From Eledone cirrhosa (taxonomy: Eukaryota): a stretch of 64,000 nucleotides of DNA. A program made the translations under genes and the position numbers. The stretch is taken from positions 81,592,001 through 81,656,000 of the forward strand of contig OZ024741.1 of the NCBI GenBank assembly GCA_964016885.1. Reading direction: 5' to 3'. How positions within the stretch are numbered: the stretch's first letter is position 1; the number at the start of each line of letters is the position of its first letter. Below are positions 50,001 to 62,420 of the stretch, piece after piece. A model generated the notes under the pieces. The model ran no database searches and had not been told where the DNA came from. It saw only the letters and a program-made list of their open reading frames with translations.

Positions 50001-50005
<5 letters not shown>
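48937..50005. mobile_element. Non-coding inverted + tandem cassette (470-bp unit) with hammerheads, retrozyme/pLTR-like
   Basis: 48937-49327 is the reverse complement of about 49547-49938; 49330-49535 repeats at 49800-50005; hammerheads at 49093-49174(-, canonical) and 49701-49782(+, A9 changed to G). Confidence 0.9.
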
Positions 50006-50059
<54 letters not shown>

Positions 50060-50060
<1 letters not shown>

Positions 50061-50957
50061 GAGGTGGGTCAGAAAAGTTCCAGGACTGATGTCACAAAAG
50101 ATTTATTTCAAACCCAAACTTCACACTAAGAGTTTTCTCCTTCAAAGTAATCCCCCTGGAGTCTAATGCAATTTTCCATCCTTTTCTGCCACGCTTGCAT
50201 GCACTCCTGGAAGGATTCTTCCGGGATCCTCCGCAGTTTCGTCGTCACGGTCTTTTTGATGTCATCCATGTCTTCAAAACGGGTCCCCTCCGGGTCATAC
50301 TCGAAGATCCATGACAGTCATCACCAGTGATGACTGTCCCTAGCAAGTCTGGTTCGGTTTCAAGACGCTCGAGGATGTCCTGGCACACTAGCATGCGTCG
50401 ACCCTTCTGGTCATCGTTCAGCAGTTTTGGCACCATCTTCAGGCAGACTTTCCGCATGTCCAAATCTTCAGTGAGAATCTTCCAGACGCTGTCCCGATTC
50501 ATGCCCAGCTCATTTGCCATCAGTCGAACAGTCAGCCGACGATCGCTACGCACCATCTGCCTGACGCGGTCAACGTTGACCTCAGTCCTGGTTGTTGAGG
50601 GCCTTCCGCTCCTGTGGTCATCTTCCACGTCCTCGCGTCCTTCTTTAAACCTCTTGCACCACTCAAAAACACGTGAGCGTGACATCGTCTCATGTTCATA
50701 CACTTGCTGCAGCAATCCCAGTGCTTCTGACGTAGTTTTCAAGTTGGTTCGTTGCTCGGTGCTCATTGCTTGACGACCTGAAACAGAGGACATGTATATA
50801 AAATTATGAAGAAAAAAGTTTGATCGCTGCAGAGAGCTAAGATTACAGTTACATACTCCAGGAGGATTACTTTGAAGGAGAAAACTCTTAGTGTGAAGTT
50901 TGGGTTTGAAATAAATCTTTTGTGACATCAGTCCTGGAACTTTTCTGACACAGCTCG
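50060..50957 (-). mobile_element. mariner transposon, internally deleted, 103-bp TIRs, in (TA)n
   Basis: TIRs at 50060-50162 and 50855-50957; TA flanks. Confidence 0.92.
50126..50766 (-). pseudogene. mariner transposase remnant
   Basis: HTH region [24 protein letters not shown], linker MVPKLL, ITGDD; middle of the catalytic domain is missing; C-terminus GDYFEGENS*. Confidence 0.9.
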
Positions 50958-51038
<81 letters not shown>

Positions 51039-51062
51039 TATATAAATATATATGTATATATA

Positions 51063-51132
<70 letters not shown>

Positions 51133-51408
51133 TATATATTATATATATATATATATGTGTGTGTGTGTATGTGTGTGTATGTGTGTGCGTGTGTGCGTGC
51201 GTGTGTGTGTGTGTGTACAGTCATCCCCATCATAACCGCAGTTTAATGAATAAAAGGACACAAGAATAAAACGATAAAATAATATATCTGTTTGTGTTAA
51301 TGTGTGTCTATATTTAAAGTATAAATAATTGATGGTGACTTGCAACAGCTTCACTATAATGACGAATGCTTTTTCTATTATTATCATTATCATTATTACT
51401 ATTATTTT

Positions 51409-51470
<62 letters not shown>

Positions 51471-51831
51471 CTAGTAGTAGTAGTATTTTGCTGCTATAGA
51501 CAGTAAATTAGCTGACATTCCGTTAGTTTTGTATGATTTAATTTCGCTTCAAAGGTGATAATAATTTTTGCTCTTTTGTGAATTTACTTGGTAAAATTGT
51601 TTTTTCTTTCCATCCCCATTCTCTGATTAAGGCATTGAAAAGTTCTTTTTTCTTTTCTTGTATTATTATATATTTTTGTCACCATGCCAACAAAACAAAG
51701 AATAGTAAGTTTTTCAATTAGATAAACTGATTGCAAGCCATTAAATTTGGCCAATACGTCAATTGATTTATATGTACAAGTCCGAAATGGAATGGAATTG
51801 TAACTTCATGACTTCATGACCACTCTCGTGC

Positions 51832-51863
<32 letters not shown>

Positions 51864-52114
51864 CATACATACATACATACATACATACATACATACATAC
51901 ATGCATGCATACATACATACATACATAAATACATACATACATTCATTCATACATACATACATACATTCATACATACATACATATATCCATACATATATGC
52001 GTGCATACATACATGCATGTATACATACATACATAAATACACACATACATACAAAAATTCAAACAAACATACATGCATACATACATACATACATACACAC
52101 ACACACATAAATAA

Positions 52115-52243
<129 letters not shown>

Positions 52244-52496
52244 GATATAAGGATTTATTTATATCATGAAAATACTTGAAGACAGATTTTGTCTGCTGCA
52301 GAGTTGTATGAATATAGGAATGAAAGAAAAGAGTGACAGAATGAAAGGAAGATTGGATGAAAGACGGAAAGAAAAGATAAGAATAATTGTAAACCTCAGA
52401 ATATTATTGCTTAAAATAATTCTAATACTACTTTTTAAAATATTCACATCAATCCATAACAGTGGATGTGTTTTTAGTGAAGAAAACAAAATTAGT

Positions 52497-52685
52497 ATTG
52501 GCAGTATCGGTAAAGGATCGGACGCCATGCTTTGCAGCATAGATTACGGCCATTTGTGATCTGAGTTCAAATCCTGCCAAGGTTAACTTTGCCTTAGATC
52601 CTTACGAGGTCGATAAAATAAAGTACCAGTTATTCACTGGATAATTGCTGGCCTTGTGCCAAAAGTAGAAACAATTATTATTATT
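52497..52685 (+). mobile_element. Dominant SINE, full-length, (TTA)n tail
   Basis: ttggcagtatcggta...gagttcaaatcc...ggccttgtgccaaaagtagaaacaattattattatt. Confidence 0.85.
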
Positions 52686-53224
52686 GATGCCACGACATCT
52701 CCAGCTTTTCCTTGACGGTGAACAAGCATGATTGTAGTTCCCTAGACGCGTGTTTCTTTAGCTTGTCTCCGCCGTCCTGAGTCAAGCGAACACTAAGAGG
52801 ATGTGCCAGGAAACTGGAATGTCTTAAGCACACACAGCCCTCAGTACCATCGGTGGACACTCGGCCATGGCATTCTGTAGAGAGTCCATGGTTAATTTCA
52901 AGAAAGCCTTGGCCTGGCAGTGATACCGGTGAGCATTACTGGTTAAAGGTATGGAATTGCCGTCAACCGAACCTGTTTGAGATGCGCGCAGGGCGACGAA
53001 ATCTCCCTGTACATAATCGTCTAGTGTCCGAGTATTGCTGACTTATAGGTATATGTTGAATATCTGCTGTAGGACAAATCCGACAACCAACTGAGTGAAT
53101 ATCACTATGTTACTTTCCTTTAGTCGGGAAGGGCAGGTTGTTTATATCATTGAAGTCGTGTAATTATCTCTTCTTTCTCTCTATATATCTAAAGTCTCAA
53201 GTCCGTCTTATGATAGAAGACTCA

Positions 53225-53448
53225 TTTGACCGGTGCTTATCCCGGTTTCATGGCGTGAAGCGACTGAAAGTATTAGACTTCCCTCTGGACAGGACACCAG
53301 TTCATCGTAGGGTTAAACCTCCAGCTATTGCTAGTATTCAGTTTAAGTTGAGTATACTGAAGCAACGTAAAATGAACACAACATGCAACCCATGAATCGA
53401 ACCCATGACATTATGATCGTAAGTCCAATACCCTTACCACTAGGCCAC
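53225..53448 (-). mobile_element. tRNA-derived SINE of a third (CORE-like) family
   Basis: Minus strand: A box gtggcctagtggtaagg, B box gggttcgattc. Confidence 0.7.
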
Positions 53449-53473
53449 TATATATATATATATATGCATGCAC

Positions 53474-53624
<151 letters not shown>

Positions 53625-54009
53625 CGTATATTTGTTCGAAACATTGTGGAATATGAGATACAAATACGAAACAAAAGTTTGTTTGGCTATTTGGAAACCC
53701 GACAATGCGTGTTTGGTAAAAATGCCAAGGTGATAAGAAATTAGATGAAAAAATGAGCACTGTGAAGTAAAGTAAAATAGTGAAGACGATAGGAAATTAC
53801 CTTATCATTTTTTTATATCCCAAATATTTCCGTATTTACAATCCACTACTAAGGAGAGTCCGTAGGCGGGTGTGAATGGGCTCAAAGAGAAACCTAAGAA
53901 ATGGTGTGGGCGGTTGTTTGATTTATTTTGCTTTTATATTGAAATAAATTGAACAGCCGCCTACGACATTTCGTGTAGATTTTTATCATTCCAAGAGTAA
54001 TATTATTAT

Positions 54010-55465
54010 AAAGATTGTTTTTGTTTTCATCGTCCATTTTCGGTATAATTCTGTCTCCAAATGTTTATATTTGGATATTTTCTCAATTTTTTTCATTTTT
54101 CTCATAATTATTTGTCACTTCAGCTTCTGCTTTTAATTTGTTGGCTTCCTTGTGGGGATTGATAGATCAATTAGAAGACATATTTCTAATTGTGTTTTTT
54201 TAATTATAATATGCGGTCCGTTGGCTTTGATCTCCCCTCTTGTGTGTTTTGGCATATCCCACAGTATGGTTGTTTTGTCATTTTCTGACACTTTTTCTGG
54301 TGTGTGTCTGCATTACCTCTTCTCTTTTGGTATTCCGTAGTGTTGACATAACTTCCAGTGCATTTAAATCTCAATTCTATCATGTCTGTGGAGATATTCT
54401 CTTTTGGTTAAGACTGGGCTGCAAGAATCAATGTGGTTAGTTTTCTTCTCCATAACCACATATTCTGCAGTTACTGTGTTCTGCTTGGTTATGTATTTTT
54501 GGTGGTTTCTGGTGAGGAGGCTTTTATATTATGCTGCAATTAGAAATACTTTAGTCTCGGCTTTTAGTCTTGTACGTCTTAAGCAGTTTTGTGAGTTTTG
54601 CTTGGCCACTTCTTACCCATTCCGCTTTCTCGGGTATTGGTTATGTAAGGGATTAAGTCTGCCCTACAAGTTTCTTTACAAATTGAACCAGTCGAGTGTC
54701 ATTTCTTGCTCTGTCGGCATCTCAGTAAATATTTATGCAAGATACTATTTATCCCTATTAAATATTTAAATCAGAATAAAAACATATTCCTCTCATATCC
54801 ATTGATATCTTTTCGACTTTATTTGTGACACTTGAGAAATAAAGTTCGGCCTTTTATTTAGAATGTCATAATTTTTGTTGGATACGGTTTCTTTGGCTTC
54901 TGAGTGTTTACGTGTTTGCACGCATAGGTCATCGTATTTTCTTTAAATTCAAAGTACGACTTTCTATTCGCTTTCAGAAGAACTATGCATATTTTTTTCT
55001 TTTATGTTTCTCTTTTTAGTGTTTGTTGTTTGTCTGTGATTGTTTTGATTTCTTTATCTATCTTTCGTTACGCACGTGTTTTCTTATTATGAACACTTGT
55101 AATATCAATAAATTACATGAGTGTTACTTACATGCATTGATTTTCGTTTCTCATGTTTTCCTTCCAACTTACTGTTGTTTTAGTCGTTACTATTCGGTGC
55201 TTGTAATCTCTCCTTTTCAATATGCTGTCTCTGTTTTTCAACTGGTTAACCTTTTCTGACGTGTTTCCAATGTCAACAAAGGAATCTATATGACAGAAAC
55301 AATCCCAATATAAAATAGATTTTTGATAGTGTTCGCTGGTTCTTGTTTAGCATATTCTTCATTTTATGTTTAGATTCACTTTTGTTTTGGTGATGTTGCG
55401 TGATTTATTTCAAATCTTGCGGGAAGCTTCGTAATAGGTGTCCATGATGTTATTCATGAACCTAT
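54010..55465 (-). pseudogene. Old, heavily decayed R4/Dong-like LINE apparently lacking the RT core
   Basis: LKAETKVFLIAA*, RHDRI..MHWKLCQHYGI, ILWDMP...IKANGPHIII; starts at (TAA)n. Confidence 0.7.
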
Positions 55466-55480
55466 GATAATAATAATAAT

Positions 55481-56086
55481 AATTGTTTCTACTTTTGGCA
55501 CAAGGCCAGCAATTATCCCAGTGTATTACTGGTACTTTATTTTATCGACCCCTTAAGGATGAAAGGCAAAGTTAATCTCAGCGGGATTTGAACTCAGACC
55601 ATAAAGGGCCGTAACTCTTTGCTGCAAAGCATGGCGTCCGACCCTCTACCGATACCGCCAATCCAATAATAATGGTTTCTGATTCAAGTACAAGGCCAAC
55701 AATTTTAGAGGAGTGTATTACTGGTACTTTATTTTATCAACCTCGTAAGGATGACAGGCAAAGATAACCTCGGCGAGATTTGAACTCAGAACGTAAAGGG
55801 CCATAACTCTATGCTGCAAAACATGATATCTGACGCTCTACCAATACTGCTGATCCACCACCCTAATGCTAACAATAATAATGATATCTACTATAGGCAC
55901 AAGGCCAGCCATTTGAAGGGGAGGGGAAAGTCGATTAAATCGACCCCAGTGTATTACTGTTGCTTTATCTATCAACCCCGTAAGGATGAAAGGCAAAGCT
56001 AACCTAGGCGGGATTTGAACTCAGAATATAAAGGGCCGTACCTCTATGCATGGTGTCCTGACGCTCTACCGATACTGCCAATCCAC
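55481..56086 (-). mobile_element. Three tandem dominant-family SINEs
   Basis: Copies at about 55481-55665, 55672-55862 and 55885-56086, separated by (AAT)n. Confidence 0.85.
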
Positions 56087-56135
<49 letters not shown>

Positions 56136-56137
<2 letters not shown>

Positions 56138-56441
56138 CGGTTTCTTTATTGGCCACAAGGGCTAACATGAAGAAAAACATTACAGACGGCACAGGACGAT
56201 ACAACGTGGGTTTTGGCCGTGTTAAAATGTTATAAAAAGACAGAAACGTGTAAAATAAATTAAAATTCAAACGACAAAAATTCCCCAATAAGGGGGAAGC
56301 CTCGAAGGGTCACTCGTGGCGAAAACCACACAAAGGACCACGGCTACCCTGACCACCAGGGCAAGCACCCTCTCTCAGTTTTCCCACTCCTCAGTCTACA
56401 GGCGCATACTCAGAGTGGGCCCGTTCACTCGGACCAGACCC
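56136..56441 (-). mobile_element. 5'-truncated 3' end of the Tx1-like LINE
   Basis: Diverged copy of about 56465-56810; (AAT)n on both sides. Confidence 0.85.
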
Positions 56442-56770
56442 ATAATAATAATAATAATAATAATGATTTCTTTATTGGCCACAAGGGCTGACATCAAGAA
56501 AAACATTACAGATGGCACAGAACAGTACAGGACGGTACGATGTGGGTTTTGTGCGTGTAAAGATTTTTATTATTTATATAAGAAAAGAAAAAAAAGACAT
56601 AGAAACATATATATATATATAAACAATAAACATGAAAATTGAAACAATGAAAAATTCCCCAATAGGGAGAAGCCTGCGAGGGTTACTCGTGGCGAAAACC
56701 ACACAAAAGACCACGGCCACCCTGACCACCAGGGCAAGCGCCCTCTCTCAATATTTTCCCATTCCTCAAA

Positions 56771-59700
56771 CTACAAGCGTATATTCAGAGCGGTCCCGTT
56801 CACTCGGACCATTCTCGCTCCATGCACCCACCTTTCAACAAACTTGCTAGAAGACAGCACTTGCCTCTCCATGAAACTTTAAAAAGTTAATTAGTGATTC
56901 GCCGAAGAGGAAAGTATCTGTCTTTAACCCTTTCAACATTGTCCACCACACAATCTCTTTCGCCATGGCCACCAGGCAGATGAAAACCGCCTGCCCTTCC
57001 TCCTCGAAGGAAGACGGCGAGACCATCTGCAGAATTGACTCAGTCGATAACCGGATCAGTCCTACACGTGACAGCAACTGTTCGACATAGCTCCACAAGT
57101 CAGCAATGCTCGGGCACTGAACGAGTGCGTCCACGACGGTTTCGTCGCTCTGCGTGCATCTCGGACAGGCGCGACTGACGGCACTTCCGTGCCTGTAGAG
57201 CTTATCTCGAACCGGCAACGCATCCCGGTAGCACTGCCATAGGCCCTGGGCTGAAAGTTTTCCGGAAGAGAGCAAACAGCTGATCTTCTACGCTCAGGAT
57301 CTCTCCGAGAACGTCGTCTCTCTTCCCCTCCACTAGTCCTCTATAGAACGCCGAGGTAGACGTTCCACCGATACTGGTGCCTAGCTGGCAGAGGGCAGTG
57401 AGCGCCTGGAGACATTCCAGTTTCCAAGCGCTATCCCTCGGCCTTTTTCTGAGCCAGGACTGCAGCTCCGTCAAGGACACGAGCTGTGGGAAAACGTGCC
57501 TGGCGAACGGCGATCGCACCTGTTTACCGTCAAGGAAACATCAGAGATGTCGCAGCCTCAGCGCATGTTTGCGCATCATCAGCCATGGCATGCCCAGTCC
57601 ACGCAACGGGTGTTGACAGCAGATGGATCGTCTGACCATGGGAGCGCGTCCCTTCCACAAAAAGCGGAAGAGGAGGCGCTACATTTTGGTGAGAGTTGGG
57701 CCGGGGCAAGGGACGACGGTGAGGCGGTAGCAGATGACGGATGCGATGTACGCATTCGCCACCTCCGCCCGGCCTTTCAAGGACAGGTTCCTCTCGGCCC
57801 ATTTCTGGGTGAGGGAGGCCGCCTTGCTCTTCACCTCGTTCCAGTTTTTCTCCATCTGGAGGTCCGGACCGAACCAGACCCCGAGACATTTAACCGGTCC
57901 GTCCGTCCAACGCCCCACGACGCTGTCGGACGGCATGGATTTGCCTCTCCAGGTGCCGAGCTGCAAGCCCACCGAGTTTTCCTGGTTTATCTTTGCTCCT
58001 GTCACCCCTTCGTATTCCTTGAGTGCGTTGCCGAGCATTTGGACGTGTTTGTTGCTCGACACTACGACGGTGAGGTCGTCGGCGTAAGCCGACTCGGATT
58101 TCCCGTATCCTAGTTCGCGTGGGGAGCCCCTCATCGCCCCCAGTTTGTGCAGTAACGGCGCGAGAGCCAATACATACAAAAGGGACGAGAGGGGACAACC
58201 CTGGTGGACCGAACGCATGATGCTGAACGGCTGCGACAGGTGACCGTTCACCCTCACAACTGAGCAGATGTCGCTGTACATCGCAGCGATCCAACCCCTG
58301 AAAACGGGCTCGAAACCGGCTGCCTCGAGGACCGCCGCCACGTAGCGATGGTCGACCCTATCAAATGCTTTGGATTGATCCAAGTTGCCCAAGGCCCCAC
58401 CCGTGCCAGGTTCCTTAACCACCCTCTCTAAGATGTATCGCATGAGGTGGAGGTTGTCGTGTATGGATCTGTCTGGAATGGCGCATGTCTGCGCCTCTCC
58501 CACCAGACCCTTGACGAGAAGCGCCAACCTCATTGAAAAACACCTTGGCCAAAATCTTAAACTCTGCGTTTAGCAGGGTTATAGGCCTGAAGTTATCGAT
58601 AACATCCCCCTTGTTCAGGTCTTTTCTCAGCAGCGCCACCGCTCCCCGGCTCACAAAGCTAGGAATGCTCCCGTTCTGCTGCCAGTTGCAGTAGACGTCT
58701 GCCAAGAGGTCACCGAACAAGTCTGACATAAATACATAAAGCTTGTAGGGCAGACCATCCAAACGTAGCGATTTACCCCCCGTGCAGTTAGCCATCGCTT
58801 CCCGTATTTCACCGGCTGTCATTGGCTTTTCGCAACACTGTGCTGCGGTCGTCGAGAACCGAGGCAGTCCATCGAGGTATGCACTGAAGTCCATACACCG
58901 ATCCGGCCCGCCGCTTCTCCCGAACAGTTCAGCAAAGTGCTGCTGAAAAGCTTCACACATCTGGTCGGGTTAAAGCAACACGCGCCCATTTTGGTCAGAC
59001 AAAGACCGAATTGTGGCTCTGTTACCACGTCGCGCCACCAGGGCTCATTGGACGGCTTTTGTCCCCTCGTGTTTCAGAGCACGCGTTCTAGCTCCGACAA
59101 TTCAGCCTTCGTGTTTTGCGTTGAAGAATTGGTCGAGTGCCAATCTCGCCGCAAGCACGTCGGTTGCGATGCCTGTCCTAAACGCCTCTTCTAGCTTTCT
59201 GACTAGCTCTCCCTCTACTCTATTTTCCTCTATCACTAGTCCTTTCCTAAACCTAATCGACTCTACTTTAACTGCCCTTTTCAGGGCGAACCACCACCTG
59301 TTGTTGACGACCGCTCCCGTCAACGCCCGCTTGACTAATATGCTAATACGGTCTCTGTAGGCTTTGCGCGCCGGGAAAGACGCGTTCAGCTTCCAGTAAC
59401 CGGGCCCTTGTCTATGGAGACTGTCTATGACGATCTCACAGATCACAAATTTGTGGTCTGTGTAGTCAACTATTTTAAATTGTGGACAACTTATACTAGC
59501 CTTATCTAGTTCTCTGCAGAATACCCTATCTGGATGACCCGATGCGGTTTGTCCATGTCCACATTGGCACATTCGGGTGATCCAGTCGATACTGTCAGAC
59601 ATTTCAAAACGTCTGAGCAGGTTGGTGAGGCTCTTGCACCCTCCTCCCCTATCACTATCCACACACAATCCCAGCGTGCATCCAAGATACCGTTCCAGTC

Positions 59701-60120
59701 GCCCACTAACACTAAAGAGCGGGACGTTCCAAGAAAGGTCTCTAGACGTCTAAAGAAATCTGGCCGTCCTGTCCCTGTCGGTACATAGACGGCTACTAGC
59801 CTGAAAGCGTTGCCTTCGGTGCCGCTTACGTCCAGCACCACCGACTTACCTTCTGGGTCCAGGAAGATGGTCCGTATGGCGAGACCCAAGCCTTTCCGAA
59901 ACAACACAGCCACTCCGCCCCCCGCTCCGGGACGGCTCGGAGATGCGTACACCTCGTAACCGTCGAAGATCGGTGCGAAGCTTTGCGTTTCGGAGATTCT
60001 CGTCTCGCTGATGGCCACCACCTCTATGTTCAGTGACCTGAGGTCGTTAAGCAAGTGACTCTGCTTCCAAAACGAGCTCAAGCCACGCACGTTTACACTT
60101 CCGATCCTGAATACGGCCAT
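56771..60120 (-). pseudogene. Tx1-like ORF2 (APE endonuclease, RT, C-terminal zinc motif), several frameshifts
   Basis: GSVNVRGL, ISETR, GDWN, PGYWKLN, FRPITLLN, LDQSKAFDRVDH, QGCPLS, YADD, CPRC...ETVVDALVQC. Confidence 0.92.
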
Positions 60121-60197
60121 GTTGGGTGAGGAACGGGGCAAGTGAGAAAGGATCACTTACCTTGATCGTCTGGTGAAGGGACCGTTGAATCGTCTCT

Positions 60198-62152
60198 TCA
60201 GCTGGTCGTCGGCTCTTCTGTGAGTATATCCGAGTATACTCTCCGGTTGAGTGTCCCTCCTAGGTCTCTGAAATCACCAACTGCGTTGGGGAATTTCATT
60301 TTAGTGTTTGTGTATTGTTTCTGTGATATTCTTACCAGTCTTATGTTCGTTGGTGTTTTGATTGGTGCTGGTATTATGTAGTCGTGCGGTGAAATGTCTG
60401 TGTGTTTAATTATGTAAGTCATTAGTTTCTTGTGTGTATTTATTGCTGTGCATTTCTTTTTCTGAGGGTGGGGTGTGGTTCTGCTATTTTCTTGTCGTTG
60501 TTGCTGGGTGTGTGTGTTTTGTTGTTGTGTTTGCGATGCTGGTGCTTGTGGTGGTGGTGTTGAAGGTGTTGTTGTTGTTGTTGGCGGTGGGGTTGTCGCC
60601 GGTGGTGATGGTGGTGCTAGTGTGGGTGGTGATGGTGTTGGTGGTGTTGCTGCTGTGCGTCTCTTTGCAGTAGCCTTTACCCTTTTTTCATTTCTTTCCT
60701 CCCTTTTCTGCGTTTGTGCCTTCTTACGACCTTTTGCCACCCCTCTCCTACCTCACACTCCATGTCTGATTCTATGAGGTCGGGGAGGGGTACCAGCTCC
60801 ACTCTTTCACTTGTTGTTGTTGGTGATGTTTGCACTGGAGTCTCTGTTGCAGCTGCATTTGGTATTACTGTTGTTGTTGTTAATACTTCCACTGCTGCTG
60901 CTGTTTTTGATTTCCGTGGCGTGGGTATGGGTGCCACAGACCTATCGTTCCTGGTTGCCGCTTGTCCTGTTGCTGATAGCCGTGGAGCCGGTTTCGGAAG
61001 GAGGGGGGTTTTCTCCTTTCTCAGTGTCTTCTCGTTGCAGAAGGCCCCGAGGTGAGTCTTCGATCCACAGCGAAAGCATTTCGGGCGTTTGCCCTCAACA
61101 CTTATGGGCAGTTGAGTGCCGTTATCGAAGTCTATCACATCCGGAATAGCTTCGATGCACTCCTGGTTGGTTTGGATTAACATCTCAATGGAGGTGCCGA
61201 CCCAATCTTCTCTTACTTTTTTCTGTACTTGCAGTACAGTTGTTTTGTCCTCGATTCCGACGAGGACAGACGCGGCCAGCCAAGAAGGGGCCATCCAGTT
61301 TGACCCTCACAATTTTTTGCCCGCAGTAGGAGGGCACCAACACCATTTCCTCGCTCCTTAGGATCACTAAGGATTGAGCCTTTGCCTCCTGGGGTGTGGC
61401 AAAAAGCACGTCTACGGTGGCATATTTCTTGCCTCGGGTGATGTGTGTTTTCCGCTGCCACACAGACCCTAAGGCTTTTTGTATTTGAACCTCTGTGGAT
61501 CTTTCAACCCTACGGGATTTTGTGCTTACTGTACGGTACGTGACCGTACAGTGCTGTTGGGTTTCGAAAAATTTTTCGGCTGCCTTGCAGATTGCTCGGT
61601 GTTCGGTTTTCGTCACCATCTTCTTCGCTTCCTCTAATTCCTCATTTGTTATGAGGATGGTTTCCAGGTTCTTTGCGATACCTGCAAACGAGATTGGTTT
61701 TTCTTTGCTGCTGCTGTTGTTGTTGTTGTTGTCAGAGCTGCTGTTATTTTTGTTGTTGCTGCAGGTACTACGACTACTGCCGCCGCCGCTGTTGCTGTGG
61801 TTGTTGCTGTTGTTGCTGCTGCTGCTGTTGTTGTTGCTGTTGCTGCTAATGCTGTTGTTGTTTATGCTGCTGCTGATGCTGTTGCGGCTGCTACTGTTGT
61901 TTTCCTTGTCACTGTTGCTGCTGCTGCTGTTATTACGACTGCTACTGCTATTATTCCTGACGTGGAGAAATCTTGCACGCTTTGCACGTGATTTTCCTTT
62001 TCTGGCGTCGCTTGCGAAAGAGAAGGGAGGGAGAGAGACACATTTAGAGAAGGGAGGGAGAGAGACAATCTTCTCTCTGCTGTAGTGACGATTGAGGAAG
62101 AAGAAGACGGAATGAGTGGGAGTGACCTATGAACATTCTTTTTCGTAGCCAT
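60198..62152 (-). pseudogene. Tx1-like ORF1 (gag-like, single CCHC knuckle), frameshifted
   Basis: CFRCGSKTHLGAFC (Cx2Cx4Hx4C) near 61035-61080; Ala/Thr/Pro/Gln-rich linkers. Confidence 0.75.
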
Positions 62153-62372
62153 GTTGTTTTTTTGTTTAAAATAAATATTGGGTACAAAACCCCAATAAGC
62201 GGTTATTTAACCCCGAAGGGTCAAATAACGGACAGAGAGACCCCTGTCACGAGACGAGGAGGAGGGTGTTTTTGTCTACAAGTTGGTTAAAGTTTTAAAC
62301 AATTTACAATTGTTATATGGGTCAAAATTTACAATACCTTACAGAGCCGAGCCTCCGTCAACCATAGCATTC

Positions 62373-62420
<48 letters not shown>

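Larger units (their letters stand above)
56465..62371 (-). mobile_element. Full-length Tx1/L1-clade LINE, decayed, bounded by (AAT)n
   Basis: 5' UTR, gag-like ORF1, APE-RT-CCHC ORF2, AATAAA then (ATT)n tail. Confidence 0.9.

Noticed and set aside
60155-60163. Consensus splice donor AAG/GTAAGT between Tx1 ORF1 and ORF2 (minus strand)
   Set aside because: A single 9-mer is plausible by chance in 64 kb, and no partner acceptor or transcript evidence is available
57496-62085. Plus-strand ORFs over the Tx1 element (for example 57496-58113 and 61495-62085)
   Set aside because: Antisense shadows of GC-rich or triplet-repeat LINE coding sequence
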